From Oxalobacteraceae bacterium UBA6018 (GTDB lineage Bacteria; Pseudomonadota; Gammaproteobacteria; Burkholderiales; Burkholderiaceae_D), in assembly GCA_002428015.1 (NCBI GenBank), contig DIZW01000042.1:222-64221 (forward strand): a DNA stretch of 64,000 bases, read 5' to 3'. The notes under the pieces are model-generated. The model did no database searches. It was not told where the DNA came from and saw nothing but the letters and a program-made list of their open reading frames with translations. The translations under genes were made by a program, and so were the position numbers. Positions 29,801-38,344 of this stretch are shown here, one piece after another (the stretch's first letter is position 1; the number at the start of each line of letters is the position of its first letter).

Positions 29801-30763
29801 CGAGGCGAACGGCTTCTTGAAGTCGAGGCCGGTGCGGGTCTTGATCTGGATGCCGCCGCCGAGGGCGCCTTCGGTCATGTCCGCGGTCGAGCCCTTGATC
29901 ACGTCCACGCTCTTGATCAGGTCGGCGGACAACTGGCGGAACTCGACGGCGCGGCCATCGCCGCCGCCGGACATGTCGCTGCCGCCGGCGGACTGGACGG
30001 CCTGGCCGTCGAGTTCGACCCGGGTCAGTTCGGGGCCGTTGCCGCGCACGGAGGCGGTGACGCCCTCGCCGAAGTCGCCCCGGTCCAGCGCGACGCCGGC
30101 CATGCGCGAGATCGCCTCGCCGACGTTACGGTCGGGCAGGGAGCCCACGTCCTCGGCGACGATCGAATCGATCGCGGTGGCGGCGTTCTTCTTGCGCTCG
30201 ATACTCGATTGCTGGGACGCGCGCGTGCCCACCACCATCACCTGCGTCACCGGGCCGGTACTGCCCGGCGCCGCCTGGACCTGCTGATCCGTGCCCTGTG
30301 CCTGCGCCAATGGCGCGCCCATCAACATGACCGCTGCCGATACCGCACAACAGGTCGCTTTTCGTTGGCTGGGAATATCTGATTGTTTCATCGTCTCCTC
30401 CGTCATCTTTGAATCATTCGACGCGTTTTCTCGCTCGCCCGGGGGCCGCTTCAAAATCACGACGGTGCCGCTAGTGCTGACCCTACCGACCAGGTTGGTA
30501 CCTTTAAGCAATCGGTCGACTGCCTCGGAGATGACGAACGTGCCCACCAGTGCATTGGCCCTCACGCCATCCAGAACATCGGCCGCGGCCAGGACGTTAA
30601 CGCCGGCCTGTTTCGCAAACTCCGCAATGGAATGCGTCGCTGCGCCCGCCGGTATGTTGAATGCTTGGGGGACTTCCTGGGAATGCGCGGCGCCCGCGTG
30701 AGCTGCCATGCCCACGGCCAGGACGATGCCCGCCTTCCCGGTATATTCATGCAACTGGGTCAT
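26819..30763 (-). CDS. TonB-dependent receptor with N-terminal STN signalling domain; internal in-frame start at 30391
   Basis: Signal peptide, STN-like AFNIPAG..SIAEFAKQAG..LLKGT, TonB box VMVVGTR, plug DSIVAEDVGSLPDRNVGE..VIKG, C-terminal RRIMVGVNFRTL. Confidence 0.93.
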   Translation of the reverse strand: MTQLHEYTGKAGIVLAVGMAAHAGAAHSQEVPQAFNIPAGAATHSIAEFAKQAGVNVLAAADVLDGVRANALVGTFVISEAVDRLLKGTNLVGRVSTSGTVVILKRPPGERENASNDSKMTEETMKQSDIPSQRKATCCAVSAAVMLMGAPLAQAQGTDQQVQAAPGSTGPVTQVMVVGTRASQQSSIERKKNAATAIDSIVAEDVGSLPDRNVGEAISRMAGVALDRGDFGEGVTASVRGNGPELTRVELDGQAVQSAGGSDMSGGGDGRAVEFRQLSADLIKSVDVIKGSTADMTEGALGGGIQIKTRTGLDFKKPFASLRMAASQGSLNKKWEPDANLILANKFMNGRLGLLLNASTTTLDNEGHLAEVAGGGNQGYYRLFDFDNSPQKTFSFQPGTVNRADASTATPILQSPLVGGGSFNSATPFDLITRSAAAQSKADCQAAFPALAAAQLNAISASSRSAAQSQRSNELSTCLNQWNDYTPSGPRYVVRREIDRRQNLDLRADFKVNDELTVYAKGSYNKRHDDINSLSFSMGNFSVKNGVANVEPGSAVVDADHHLLKYTFDNTNSNGVAKTGQSHGIGVTTARYLQLGGAFRRGGLTSEFFIGDARSNFKKGVKDLTLNDYYGSGTLQVLPNGLWGYTFPGFNPTDNSDLSRFAKLYPVGASAAVVPTTYTSTRAPAYTAAQQNAVTSSPNLTWVPTMFFNEERTAKIDVTWATPDSVPFFKRFKTGYNLRDTRNDNWNVNNGGYVLRNPVGTFGTAGYVAPLVMPSPTLRSTMYGCADTPGSLAAGGNACVYGWIPKGDIRKAMDGATVLTMDQFASLLKQTMTLKATPTQFFYGAKGRPSGLIDNWTQIDVEKLFGLVNIPNTDFNCVKQCTANDGKVYDQPAQHLKERSDAFYLMGDFGLDHIPFTDRALPFGWDVEGNVGVRYVRTRVHGTGMMSFTSITKTANFNPDIPDAPGGTATTTVQQSTQTDAKTTDILPSLNLATWVLPDQLVLRYSVAKTVARPPVSRLLASGSCTYNEVLAGQGDDPQKCSGTVGNPALKAQKNVNQNLSLEYYPNKDTMVSIAAFRQQGKIGPAIAEGVSRSPLFANTNLVDPATGVSLGQALFDYSTWMNGATTGRKGLEFSTKTAFTFLPWLLRYTGFDANYTKMHSATTTVNIVDLLTGTPLPPQNESNYTYNLALWYDDGRLSARIAVQAVDSYFNCIAACGKSTSMLNYPNVGGGRTGMPYNPGSPNFTDATRFIDGKVSYKWTPQIEVFIEGRNLGNVTTSHSQRQFTPFSDGTPNLLDYAYAGRRIMVGVNFRTL

Positions 30764-30819
30764 GTCTCTGTCTCCTGACCTAACCTGATTTTCGGAACTA
30801 TGCTGACCCGTTATAAGTA

Positions 30820-30846
30820 AAGACGCGCGGCGTTCCGGTTTTCCTC
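30820..30846 (-). promoter_or_regulatory. Candidate ECF-sigma promoter GAGGAAAA-N13-CGTCTT upstream of the TonB receptor
   Basis: Near-identical motif GAGGAGAA-N12-CGTCTT occurs upstream of the sigma gene. Confidence 0.55.
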
Positions 30847-30998
30847 GGATATCCGGGGCGACGACGTCATTCGCTCAACAATATGATCGGAGCATAGGGG
30901 GGCGTCCCATCGGCCGACGCGAACGACACCGGGGCCGCGGGCGATTGAGCCCGCCGTTGCAGGGGGAGGTGACGCGGACGGTGCGAACAGTCCATCCG

Positions 30999-31973
30999 TC
31001 AGATGGCGCGGGGATGGGATTGGCTTGCCTGACCAATGAGGATCTTCTCCGCGGTGACGACAACCGGCACATCCAGAATCGTGCTGACGTCTTTTGCGAA
31101 CAATTCAGGCGCGTCCAGCTGATACTGGCCTATCAGGCGTTTGTCGCGCAGCGCGGGATCGACGATCACGATGGTCTTGGCGCTGTAGCGGTTGAAATCG
31201 GCGACCGCTTCGTCCAAGGTTTGACGGGCCAGGACCAGTTTGCCTTCGCGCCAGGCCAGCCTTCGGTTGACCTCGTCGGGCTGGCGCGTCACGGGAATCG
31301 ACTTGGCGTGCCGCGCCAGGAAGGCGTGTTCGCCCGCTGTTACCAGACACCGTTGGGCGCTGCCGGCCTTGCTCCAGACTTCGACCGTACCTTCCGTGAC
31401 CAGCACTTCCGACCCGGCCGCCAGGCGCCGGACGGAAAACGCGGTGCCGACGGCGCGCACCAGCGCGTCGCCCGCTTCGACGATGAAAGGCTTTGATTTA
31501 TCCTTCGCCACCTCGAACCACGCTTCGCCTTGGCGCAGATTGATCCGGCGCTGCTGTGGGGTATACGCCACCTCGACCTGGCTACCGCTGTTGATGCTCG
31601 CGATCGACTCATCCTGCAGCGGCACCCGGCGAAATTCACCTTTCGCCGTGGTCAGCACCGTTCCGGCCTGCATGGCCGAGTAGCCCAATTTGCCGGCCAT
31701 TGCCACCACGCTGGCGGCCAGGCCGCCGAGGATCAGGTTTCTGCGCTTGGGCGCCGGGTGAGCGCTCGTGAATTCTCCTGGATTGGCAGGGAAGGCGCTG
31801 TCGCCGGCCGCCAGGCGCAGCGCGTTATGCATTGCCATGGCCCGGGCATACGCGCCCAGATGCCTGGTGTCGGCCTCGCACCACGCGTCCAGTTCCGCTA
31901 TTTCCGCCTCATTCAGGCCGCGCGCATGTTTGCGCACGACCCAGGTGAAGGCTTGGTTATCTATCGTTGACAT
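30999..31973 (-). CDS. FecR-family anti-sigma factor
   Basis: QAFTWVVR..AELDAWCEAD..HLGAY N-terminus, TM helix, TTAKGEFRRVPLQDES, GEAWFEVAKD, AVGTAFSV, AWREGKL. Confidence 0.93.
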   Translation of the reverse strand: MSTIDNQAFTWVVRKHARGLNEAEIAELDAWCEADTRHLGAYARAMAMHNALRLAAGDSAFPANPGEFTSAHPAPKRRNLILGGLAASVVAMAGKLGYSAMQAGTVLTTAKGEFRRVPLQDESIASINSGSQVEVAYTPQQRRINLRQGEAWFEVAKDKSKPFIVEAGDALVRAVGTAFSVRRLAAGSEVLVTEGTVEVWSKAGSAQRCLVTAGEHAFLARHAKSIPVTRQPDEVNRRLAWREGKLVLARQTLDEAVADFNRYSAKTIVIVDPALRDKRLIGQYQLDAPELFAKDVSTILDVPVVVTAEKILIGQASQSHPRAI

Positions 31974-32556
31974 TGCTCGTCTTCACTGCACGTTTGGTTG
32001 TGGCGCCTGGGCGCTTTTCGTGCGCTGGCCGCATGCCATGCTTGGAAATCATTTCCGACATCAGCCGCATGGCTCTCATCATTTCATGTTCGACCACGCT
32101 GTCGGTCAGGCCCAGGGTATGCGCGGTCTCGTCCTGCGACATGCCGTGCACGCGGCGCGCGCGAAATACCGACTTGCACCGGTCGGGGAGGTTGGCGATC
32201 AGGCCGAACACCCATTTCAACTCGTCCCGTGCGAAGACCACGCGCTCCGGCGACGGGGCGGTGTCCGCGATTTCCAGTTCATCCAGATTGGCCATGGTTT
32301 CGATGCTGACGACCGCGTCCCGCCGGATACGGTCGAGCACAATATTCTTCGCCGTGCGAAAGACGAAGGGCTTGGGGTTGCGCACATGGTCGAGTCCCTG
32401 CATGAGGAGGATCTTGCAATAAGCTTCCTGGATCACATCATCTATCTCCGCGGCGCTATTGCAGACCCGGCGCAGCATGCGGCGCAATTCCGCCTCGTGG
32501 GGCAGAAAATGTAGGGTCAGCCAGTCGACGACCTCGTTGTCCATCCGCTTGCTCAT
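31957..32556 (-). CDS. ECF RNA polymerase sigma-70 factor (FecI-like)
   Basis: DDVIQEAY, FRTAKNIVLDRIRR, LPDRCKSVF..GMSQDETA; overlaps the fecR-like gene by 17 nt. Confidence 0.93.
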   Translation of the reverse strand: MSKRMDNEVVDWLTLHFLPHEAELRRMLRRVCNSAAEIDDVIQEAYCKILLMQGLDHVRNPKPFVFRTAKNIVLDRIRRDAVVSIETMANLDELEIADTAPSPERVVFARDELKWVFGLIANLPDRCKSVFRARRVHGMSQDETAHTLGLTDSVVEHEMMRAMRLMSEMISKHGMRPAHEKRPGATTKRAVKTSNVNDR

Positions 32557-32574
32557 CCGTGGTCCCTCTCTGTT

Positions 32575-32600
32575 AAGACGAACGCCATGAACTTCTCCTC
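32575..32600 (-). promoter_or_regulatory. Candidate ECF-sigma autoregulatory promoter GAGGAGAA-N12-CGTCTT
   Basis: Matches the motif at 30820-30846; both are followed by WAC. Confidence 0.5.
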
Positions 32601-32630
32601 AAGATTTTCTTAAAAGCCCGGCCGGCTCTG

Positions 32631-34448
32631 TCACGCCGAAAATGTTTTGTTGATGACCTTGCCTGCGATGGTCACGTTGCTCAGCACCACGTTGCGGGCG
32701 TTGTACAGGTAGATCGGCTCCTTGCCGTTGCGCGGCGTGCCGAAGTCGCTATCGGTGATCGTCACGTTCGACACCGGCGGGATCGGGGTGCCGGGCGGTC
32801 CGTTGAAACTGGCGGCGACCGGGCCGAGGATGAGCAGCGCCTGCCAGCCGGAAAACTCGCCGTCCGCCATCCTGACGTTGTTGGCGCGCAGGTTTGAAAT
32901 GTGCACCTCCGACACCACGGTCGGGCGGGTGCGCACGCCGTCGTCTTCTGCCGCGTAGTTGCAGTCGATCGTGACGATCGCCCCGGCGCCCGTTGCCAGG
33001 CCCTTGAACGGCTTGTCCGGGTCCGGCGGCGCCACCTTGCGTGCGCGCGCGTCGACCCCGTTGGGCAGGACCACGTCGCGCACGTACAGGTGGCGCAGGA
33101 AGCCGCCGCGGTTCATGTTGGCTTTGAGGCGGATCGCCGAACCCAGCGGAGCGGTGGACCAATGCGCGTTGCGGAACTCGATGCGCTGCGCGTACACGTG
33201 CTCGATCCCGCCGGCCATCTCGCTGCCGAGCGTGATGCCGCCATGGCCGCTGTTCATCACGCTGTCCTGGATGACGACGTTGCGCGTCGCCCCGTACTGG
33301 GTGTCGCGGTCCTTGCCGGACTTGATGGCGATGCAGTCATCCCCCGTGTTGAAGGTGCAGCGCTCGACCAGCACCGTGTCGCAGGATTCGGGATCGAAGC
33401 CATCGTTGTTCGGTCCCAGGCTTTCCATGTTCACCCCACGGATGCGCAGGTTGCGGCAGTCGACTGGGTGGTGCTGCCAGAACGGCGAGTCGGCCACCTG
33501 GTAGCCCTCGAGCACGACGTCGTTGCAGCCGATCAGTTCGATCATGCAGGGGCGCAGGTGGTGGCCGATGCCGAAGATGCGCTGCGCGACCGGGACCCCG
33601 GCTTCCGAGAGCGCGGGAAGGTAGCGCGGGTCGCCGTTCCAGCGCGGGTGGGTGCCCTGGATCCGTGCGCGCTGCTCCGCCGTCAGCGCCGGCGCCACCG
33701 ACTCCAGCGCCGCGTTGAGCGGGTTGGCGGTGGCCGCGTTGACCTGGCCTTCCTTGCGGTCGACCCAGTCCCACCACGGGCCGGCGCCGGCGTCCACGTG
33801 CACGCCGGCCTGGCCGTTGAGCACGCTGGTCCAGTCCTCGCCGGTCAGCGCGATATTCGACGCGTTGCGGGCGTACACCAGCGGCGAATAATTGAGCAGG
33901 TCGTTGCCCTGCCAGCGCGACAGCACCAGCTTGCCGGCCTTGCCGCAGTCGACGTCGCCGTACTTGGCGTAGTGCGCAGGGTCGGCGCTGAAGTAGACCT
34001 GGGCGTTGGCCGCCAGGTGCACGTGCACGTTCGAGCGCAGCACGATCGGCCCCTTGCAGTGCCAGCTGCCGGCCGGGATCAGCACGCGCCCGCCACCGGC
34101 CTGGCTGGCGGCGGCGATGGCTGCGGCGATCGCCGGATAGCAGTCGGGGGCGCCGGCGGCGGGCGTCTGCACCTGCCTGCGCGCGTTGCGCCAGACCGAT
34201 TCGGCAGGCACCAGCGCGCAGCGCTCGGCGCCAAACGCGGTGATCGGGAAATCCACCTTGGGGAAGGTGAGCGGCCGCGAGCAGCGCTCGACAATCTGGC
34301 GCGCGCGCTCCCATGGATCGCCCGGGGCGGCGGCTGCTCCGGCCGACGTGGGCGCGGCCAGGGCGAGCGGCAGCGTGCCGGTCGCCAGCAGGGCGCCGGC
34401 CGCCGTGGTGCCGCGCAGGAAACGGCGGCGTTGTGGATCGTTTGTCAT
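32631..34448 (-). CDS. Tat-exported GH28 polygalacturonase
   Basis: Twin-arginine leader QRRRFLRG; NNDGFDPES, GDDCIAIKSG, GHGGITLGSE, IRLKA motifs; start ATG 34448. Confidence 0.92.
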   Translation of the reverse strand: MTNDPQRRRFLRGTTAAGALLATGTLPLALAAPTSAGAAAAPGDPWERARQIVERCSRPLTFPKVDFPITAFGAERCALVPAESVWRNARRQVQTPAAGAPDCYPAIAAAIAAASQAGGGRVLIPAGSWHCKGPIVLRSNVHVHLAANAQVYFSADPAHYAKYGDVDCGKAGKLVLSRWQGNDLLNYSPLVYARNASNIALTGEDWTSVLNGQAGVHVDAGAGPWWDWVDRKEGQVNAATANPLNAALESVAPALTAEQRARIQGTHPRWNGDPRYLPALSEAGVPVAQRIFGIGHHLRPCMIELIGCNDVVLEGYQVADSPFWQHHPVDCRNLRIRGVNMESLGPNNDGFDPESCDTVLVERCTFNTGDDCIAIKSGKDRDTQYGATRNVVIQDSVMNSGHGGITLGSEMAGGIEHVYAQRIEFRNAHWSTAPLGSAIRLKANMNRGGFLRHLYVRDVVLPNGVDARARKVAPPDPDKPFKGLATGAGAIVTIDCNYAAEDDGVRTRPTVVSEVHISNLRANNVRMADGEFSGWQALLILGPVAASFNGPPGTPIPPVSNVTITDSDFGTPRNGKEPIYLYNARNVVLSNVTIAGKVINKTFSA

Positions 34449-34479
34449 GGCTTGACCCTCGTCTCTAGGCGGCGGCGGT

Positions 34480-36618
34480 TCAAGGCAGCGCCTTGAACCC
34501 CTCGGCCCGCACGGTCCAGCTGCCGTCGGCGGGGAACCCCGGTGCGGGGCGCGCCGGCGCCCCATCCCAGCCGCCCGCCATCATGGCCACGGCGGCCAGC
34601 AGCGCGCCGTTACCCGGGAGGTAGACCGGCAGCTTGGTGTTCGGATTGTGGCCGGCCTGGGTATACGTGTTGTTCGGGCCGTCCGACTTGAGCAGCACGT
34701 CCACGGCCGTCTGCGGTTCGCCCAGCCGCGCCGCCGTCATCGCAATCATCGGGTAGTCCCAGCCCCATATCTTGGTTTTCCAGTCCCATGTGGCCAGCAC
34801 GGCGTGCAGGGTGCGGCGCATGGTCTCGCGGTCCACGCCGTCGCCCGGCAACTGGCCCAGCGCCATCAGGAACGAGGGGTGGTCGTGGCGGCTGTCGACG
34901 TTGTCCCAGGTGTCCGGATGCGACTCCAGCGCGACGTACTTGCCATCTTTTTGCGGCAGCGCCGCCAGATGGGTGCGGCGCCGCTCCCACTCCGGGTCGC
35001 GCGGCAGGCCCAGGCGTTCACGCCACTGCTGGGCGATCTCCAGGCCGCGCGCCCAGTAGCTCAGTTCATAGCTTGGATTCATGCTGGTGGACTGGTCGTA
35101 GATCTCCTGCGCGATCCACAGCGGCGGGCCGAGCACGTAACGCTGGCCTTTCTCGTCCCAATGCAGCATCGAGGCCATGCACTGCGCCGTCTCGAACACC
35201 AGGTCGCGGTAGCGCTCCAGCGTCGCGCGGGTTGGATCGGCGCGGTACAGCAGTTCGGCCAGGTGGATTGGGTGCGGCTGGTTCCAGATGATGAGCGGAT
35301 TGCCGCCCGGGCTCTCACGGCCGCCCGGGCCGGTCATCTTCATCCAGCGCGCGCCTTGCAGGCCACGCTCGGCGGCGACGGCACGCGCCGCCGGCAGCGT
35401 GCGCTGGAACCAGCCCAGCGTGCGCGCCGTGAATTCGGGACGGCCCCACAGCGCGAAGTGGGCCGTATGCCACCACACCATCTCGGTATGGTGCTTGCCG
35501 TACCAGGTGGACGTGGTCAGGCCACTCTCCGAGGCTGGGGTCTCGTCGCCCAACTGGATCGCCGTCAGGTACTGCGACAGCACCACGCGGCGCTCAAGCT
35601 CGGCCGCGCGCGGGTCGCGGCTGCCGCTGAAGTCGATTGCGGCGCCGCTGCGCCAGAAGCGGTCCCAATACGCGCCGCTGGCCTGGAACACGGCGGCGGC
35701 GGCCGGCGCCGGCGCGCGACCGTCGCGAACGAAGGTGATGGTCAGCTCCAGCGCCTGGCCCGACCTGGGGGCGATCTCGAACACGTGGGCGCTCGGATGG
35801 GCGATCGAAAGCGCCGTGCCGCTGGCCAGCGTCATCGCGTAGCGCGCGCCGTCGCGCGTCTCTTCGAGCGCCAGGGTATCGGCGGTTTGCGCCAGCACCC
35901 GGGTCTGGTGTCCGTCCGGGTGCGACCAGTCCAGCGGCGGATTGTGGTGGTCGTTCATCTTGTAGCCGTAGGGCAGGGCGATGCGCAGCGCGACGCGTCC
36001 GCTGGCCAGCAGCGGCGAGCGGATGCGCAGCGCGAGCGTATCGCTGTCCGGGCTGACGGCGCTGCTCACGCTCACCGGCTGGCCCAGGAGCCGCACGCGG
36101 CTGTCAAGCCGTCCATGCCACAGGTCGAGGCGCTGGTCGACGGCGCTCACATCGGCGCTCGACAGCGCGCGCGCGCCGGCGCCCGTCAGCACGAAACCGA
36201 TCTGCGGCAAGGGCTGCAGGTGCGGGTTCTCGCGCAGCCACTGGCCGGCAGCCGTCCTGGTATTGGTCGGGAAGCCGACGGTCTTGCCCCAGGCCGTGTA
36301 GTCGCGGTTCGCGTCACTGAGCTTGTAGCCTTTCGGGTTCGGATCCTCATGCCACGACCAGCGCGCCTGCGTCTCGATCGGGGTGCCCTGGCCGTGGTAC
36401 AGGTCGGGCAGGGACTGCAAGCCGGTCACGTCGGCCGTGAACGCGAAGCGGCCGTTGCCCACGCTGAGTGGCGACATCGGGTCGATCGCGGTCAGGTGCG
36501 GGTTGTGGCGTTCGACCACGGCTTGCCGATCGATCGTGGCCGCGGCGTGCGCGCCCTGCAGCGCGAACAGCAGCGTGACCCAGCCCAGGCCTGGGCGCCG
36601 CGTGAGACGGCCGGTCAT
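34480..36618 (-). CDS. Secreted unassigned six-hairpin-type glycosidase (GH65/GH95-like fold)
   Basis: Signal peptide; IDRQAVVERHNP..LSVGNGRFAFTADVTGLQ; WYGKHHTEMVWWHTAHFALWGR, DHPSFLMALG, WGWDYPMIAMTAARLG, YLPGNGALL. Confidence 0.65.
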   Translation of the reverse strand: MTGRLTRRPGLGWVTLLFALQGAHAAATIDRQAVVERHNPHLTAIDPMSPLSVGNGRFAFTADVTGLQSLPDLYHGQGTPIETQARWSWHEDPNPKGYKLSDANRDYTAWGKTVGFPTNTRTAAGQWLRENPHLQPLPQIGFVLTGAGARALSSADVSAVDQRLDLWHGRLDSRVRLLGQPVSVSSAVSPDSDTLALRIRSPLLASGRVALRIALPYGYKMNDHHNPPLDWSHPDGHQTRVLAQTADTLALEETRDGARYAMTLASGTALSIAHPSAHVFEIAPRSGQALELTITFVRDGRAPAPAAAAVFQASGAYWDRFWRSGAAIDFSGSRDPRAAELERRVVLSQYLTAIQLGDETPASESGLTTSTWYGKHHTEMVWWHTAHFALWGRPEFTARTLGWFQRTLPAARAVAAERGLQGARWMKMTGPGGRESPGGNPLIIWNQPHPIHLAELLYRADPTRATLERYRDLVFETAQCMASMLHWDEKGQRYVLGPPLWIAQEIYDQSTSMNPSYELSYWARGLEIAQQWRERLGLPRDPEWERRRTHLAALPQKDGKYVALESHPDTWDNVDSRHDHPSFLMALGQLPGDGVDRETMRRTLHAVLATWDWKTKIWGWDYPMIAMTAARLGEPQTAVDVLLKSDGPNNTYTQAGHNPNTKLPVYLPGNGALLAAVAMMAGGWDGAPARPAPGFPADGSWTVRAEGFKALP

Positions 36619-38006
36619 CCTTGCTTCTCCGGCGCGCTGACGACGAAGGTCCCGGACGGCAGTCCGTTCACGCGGCTGTCCCCGCCCACCTGCACCGGCG
36701 CATCGGCGGGCAGGCGCAGCCTGGTGGTGCCAAACTGCCAGTCCTGGGCATCGCGGATGTAGCCGCCGCCCTTGGCTTCGATGTCGATCCCGTCGAACCG
36801 GAAGTTCTGCAGCGGCGCCTGCGCGAAGGCTGCCACCTCGAAGGCGGTTTTCGCACCGCTGGCCTTGATGTTCCAGATCTTCACGTCGCGGAAGTGGGCG
36901 ATGCCTTGCTCCGCCGGCACCGGGGTTGCCATCACCTTCCAGTGTTCCGGCACCAGTTTCACGTCGGCCGGAATGCTGGCGTAGCTGTAGGCCGGATTCC
37001 AGTTCATGGTGACGCGCATGACCACCGGCGTCCCCGTCATCGTGATGTCATGCAGCCGGATGTTCTCGCCCCAGCCGCCGCGCGTGTGCGCGGACTTGAA
37101 CAGGATGCCGACCGGCGTGTTCTGGTCGAACGTCAGCCGGTAGGCCTCGATGTTGCGAAACCCGCCCGAGGTCTCGCTGCCGAACACGATGCCGCCCTTC
37201 GAGAAGCGCACCTTGACGTCATGGATCACCACGTCCTCGGTGGGGCGGTTCACGCGCAGGCCGTCGGCGTCGCGGCCCGACTTGAGCACCACCGCATCGT
37301 CGTTGACGGCGATGTCGGCGTTCGCCACCAGCACCTGGCGCGACGAATCGATATCGATGCCGTCGGTGGAGGGCCCATGGCCTTCCTCGTTGTTGTCGAT
37401 CGTGACCCCGTCCACGGTCACTTTGTTCGAGTAGCAGACATGCACCGTCCAGAAGCCCGAGCGGCGCAGCAGCAGGCCGCCGCCGACTTTCACGCCGGAC
37501 GAGTCGAACACCTGCACCAGGCGCGGGCGGCGTGCGTCGTAGTCCGCCGCCCAGCGCAGGCCGCGCGGGGCGTAGTCCTTGCGCAGCGCCCAGTACTGGT
37601 CCCAGAACACCTTGCCATCGCCGTCGATGGTGCCTTCGCCGACGATCGCCGCGTTCTCCTGGCGGTAGACGTTGACCAGCGCCGCCGGCCAGCGCATCTC
37701 GATGCCGGCGATCCGGGTCGGCATCATCGGATAGTCGTCGATGTTGCGCGAGCCCAGCAAGGTTACGCCCTTGTCGAGCTTGAGCGTGACGCCGGATTTC
37801 ACGAAGATGGCGCCGGTCAGGTAGACCCCCGGCGGGAACACGACCGTGCCGGCATGCCCGGCGGCGGCGTCGATGGCGTGCTGCAGCGCGGCGGTGTTGC
37901 TGGTCATGCCGTCGCCCTTGGCACCGTAATCGCGCACGTTGAAGTCCGCTGCCAGGCCGCGCGCGGTCGCGAAGGCGAGAACGGCGGCGATGATCGCTTG
38001 TTGCAT
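36615..38006 (-). CDS. Secreted GH28 glycoside hydrolase (exo-galacturonidase / rhamnogalacturonan type)
   Basis: FNVRDYGAKGDG, GPSTDGIDIDSS, NDDAVVLKSG, GGIVFGSE, GILFKS. Confidence 0.9.
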   Translation of the reverse strand: MQQAIIAAVLAFATARGLAADFNVRDYGAKGDGMTSNTAALQHAIDAAAGHAGTVVFPPGVYLTGAIFVKSGVTLKLDKGVTLLGSRNIDDYPMMPTRIAGIEMRWPAALVNVYRQENAAIVGEGTIDGDGKVFWDQYWALRKDYAPRGLRWAADYDARRPRLVQVFDSSGVKVGGGLLLRRSGFWTVHVCYSNKVTVDGVTIDNNEEGHGPSTDGIDIDSSRQVLVANADIAVNDDAVVLKSGRDADGLRVNRPTEDVVIHDVKVRFSKGGIVFGSETSGGFRNIEAYRLTFDQNTPVGILFKSAHTRGGWGENIRLHDITMTGTPVVMRVTMNWNPAYSYASIPADVKLVPEHWKVMATPVPAEQGIAHFRDVKIWNIKASGAKTAFEVAAFAQAPLQNFRFDGIDIEAKGGGYIRDAQDWQFGTTRLRLPADAPVQVGGDSRVNGLPSGTFVVSAPEKQG

Positions 38007-38344
38007 TGTCTTTCCTTTTGCGGGGAACGCGGGTGCGCTCGGCAGTTTTTAATAAATTATGAACACAGTGTAGTCGTGTTCGTCCGCATTGGAGCAGGGA
38101 AAGCGTCATTGCTCAACAAGGTGATCATCCGGCGCGCGGGCGGCCAGCGATGACGGCGCCCCAGGCCGTTACCATGGCGCGGGTGCGGCGGACGCAGCCA
38201 GGATTCGGCCAAAGACGGCATAAGTATCGAAAAATGATACTTGCGGGGGAGTTCTACGAACCCTTGCAGATCAAAGGCAATCGTCCTCCGGCTTGCTGGC
38301 ATGCTGACAACTCGAGTGATCAACAATACGTGAATGGACGAACT

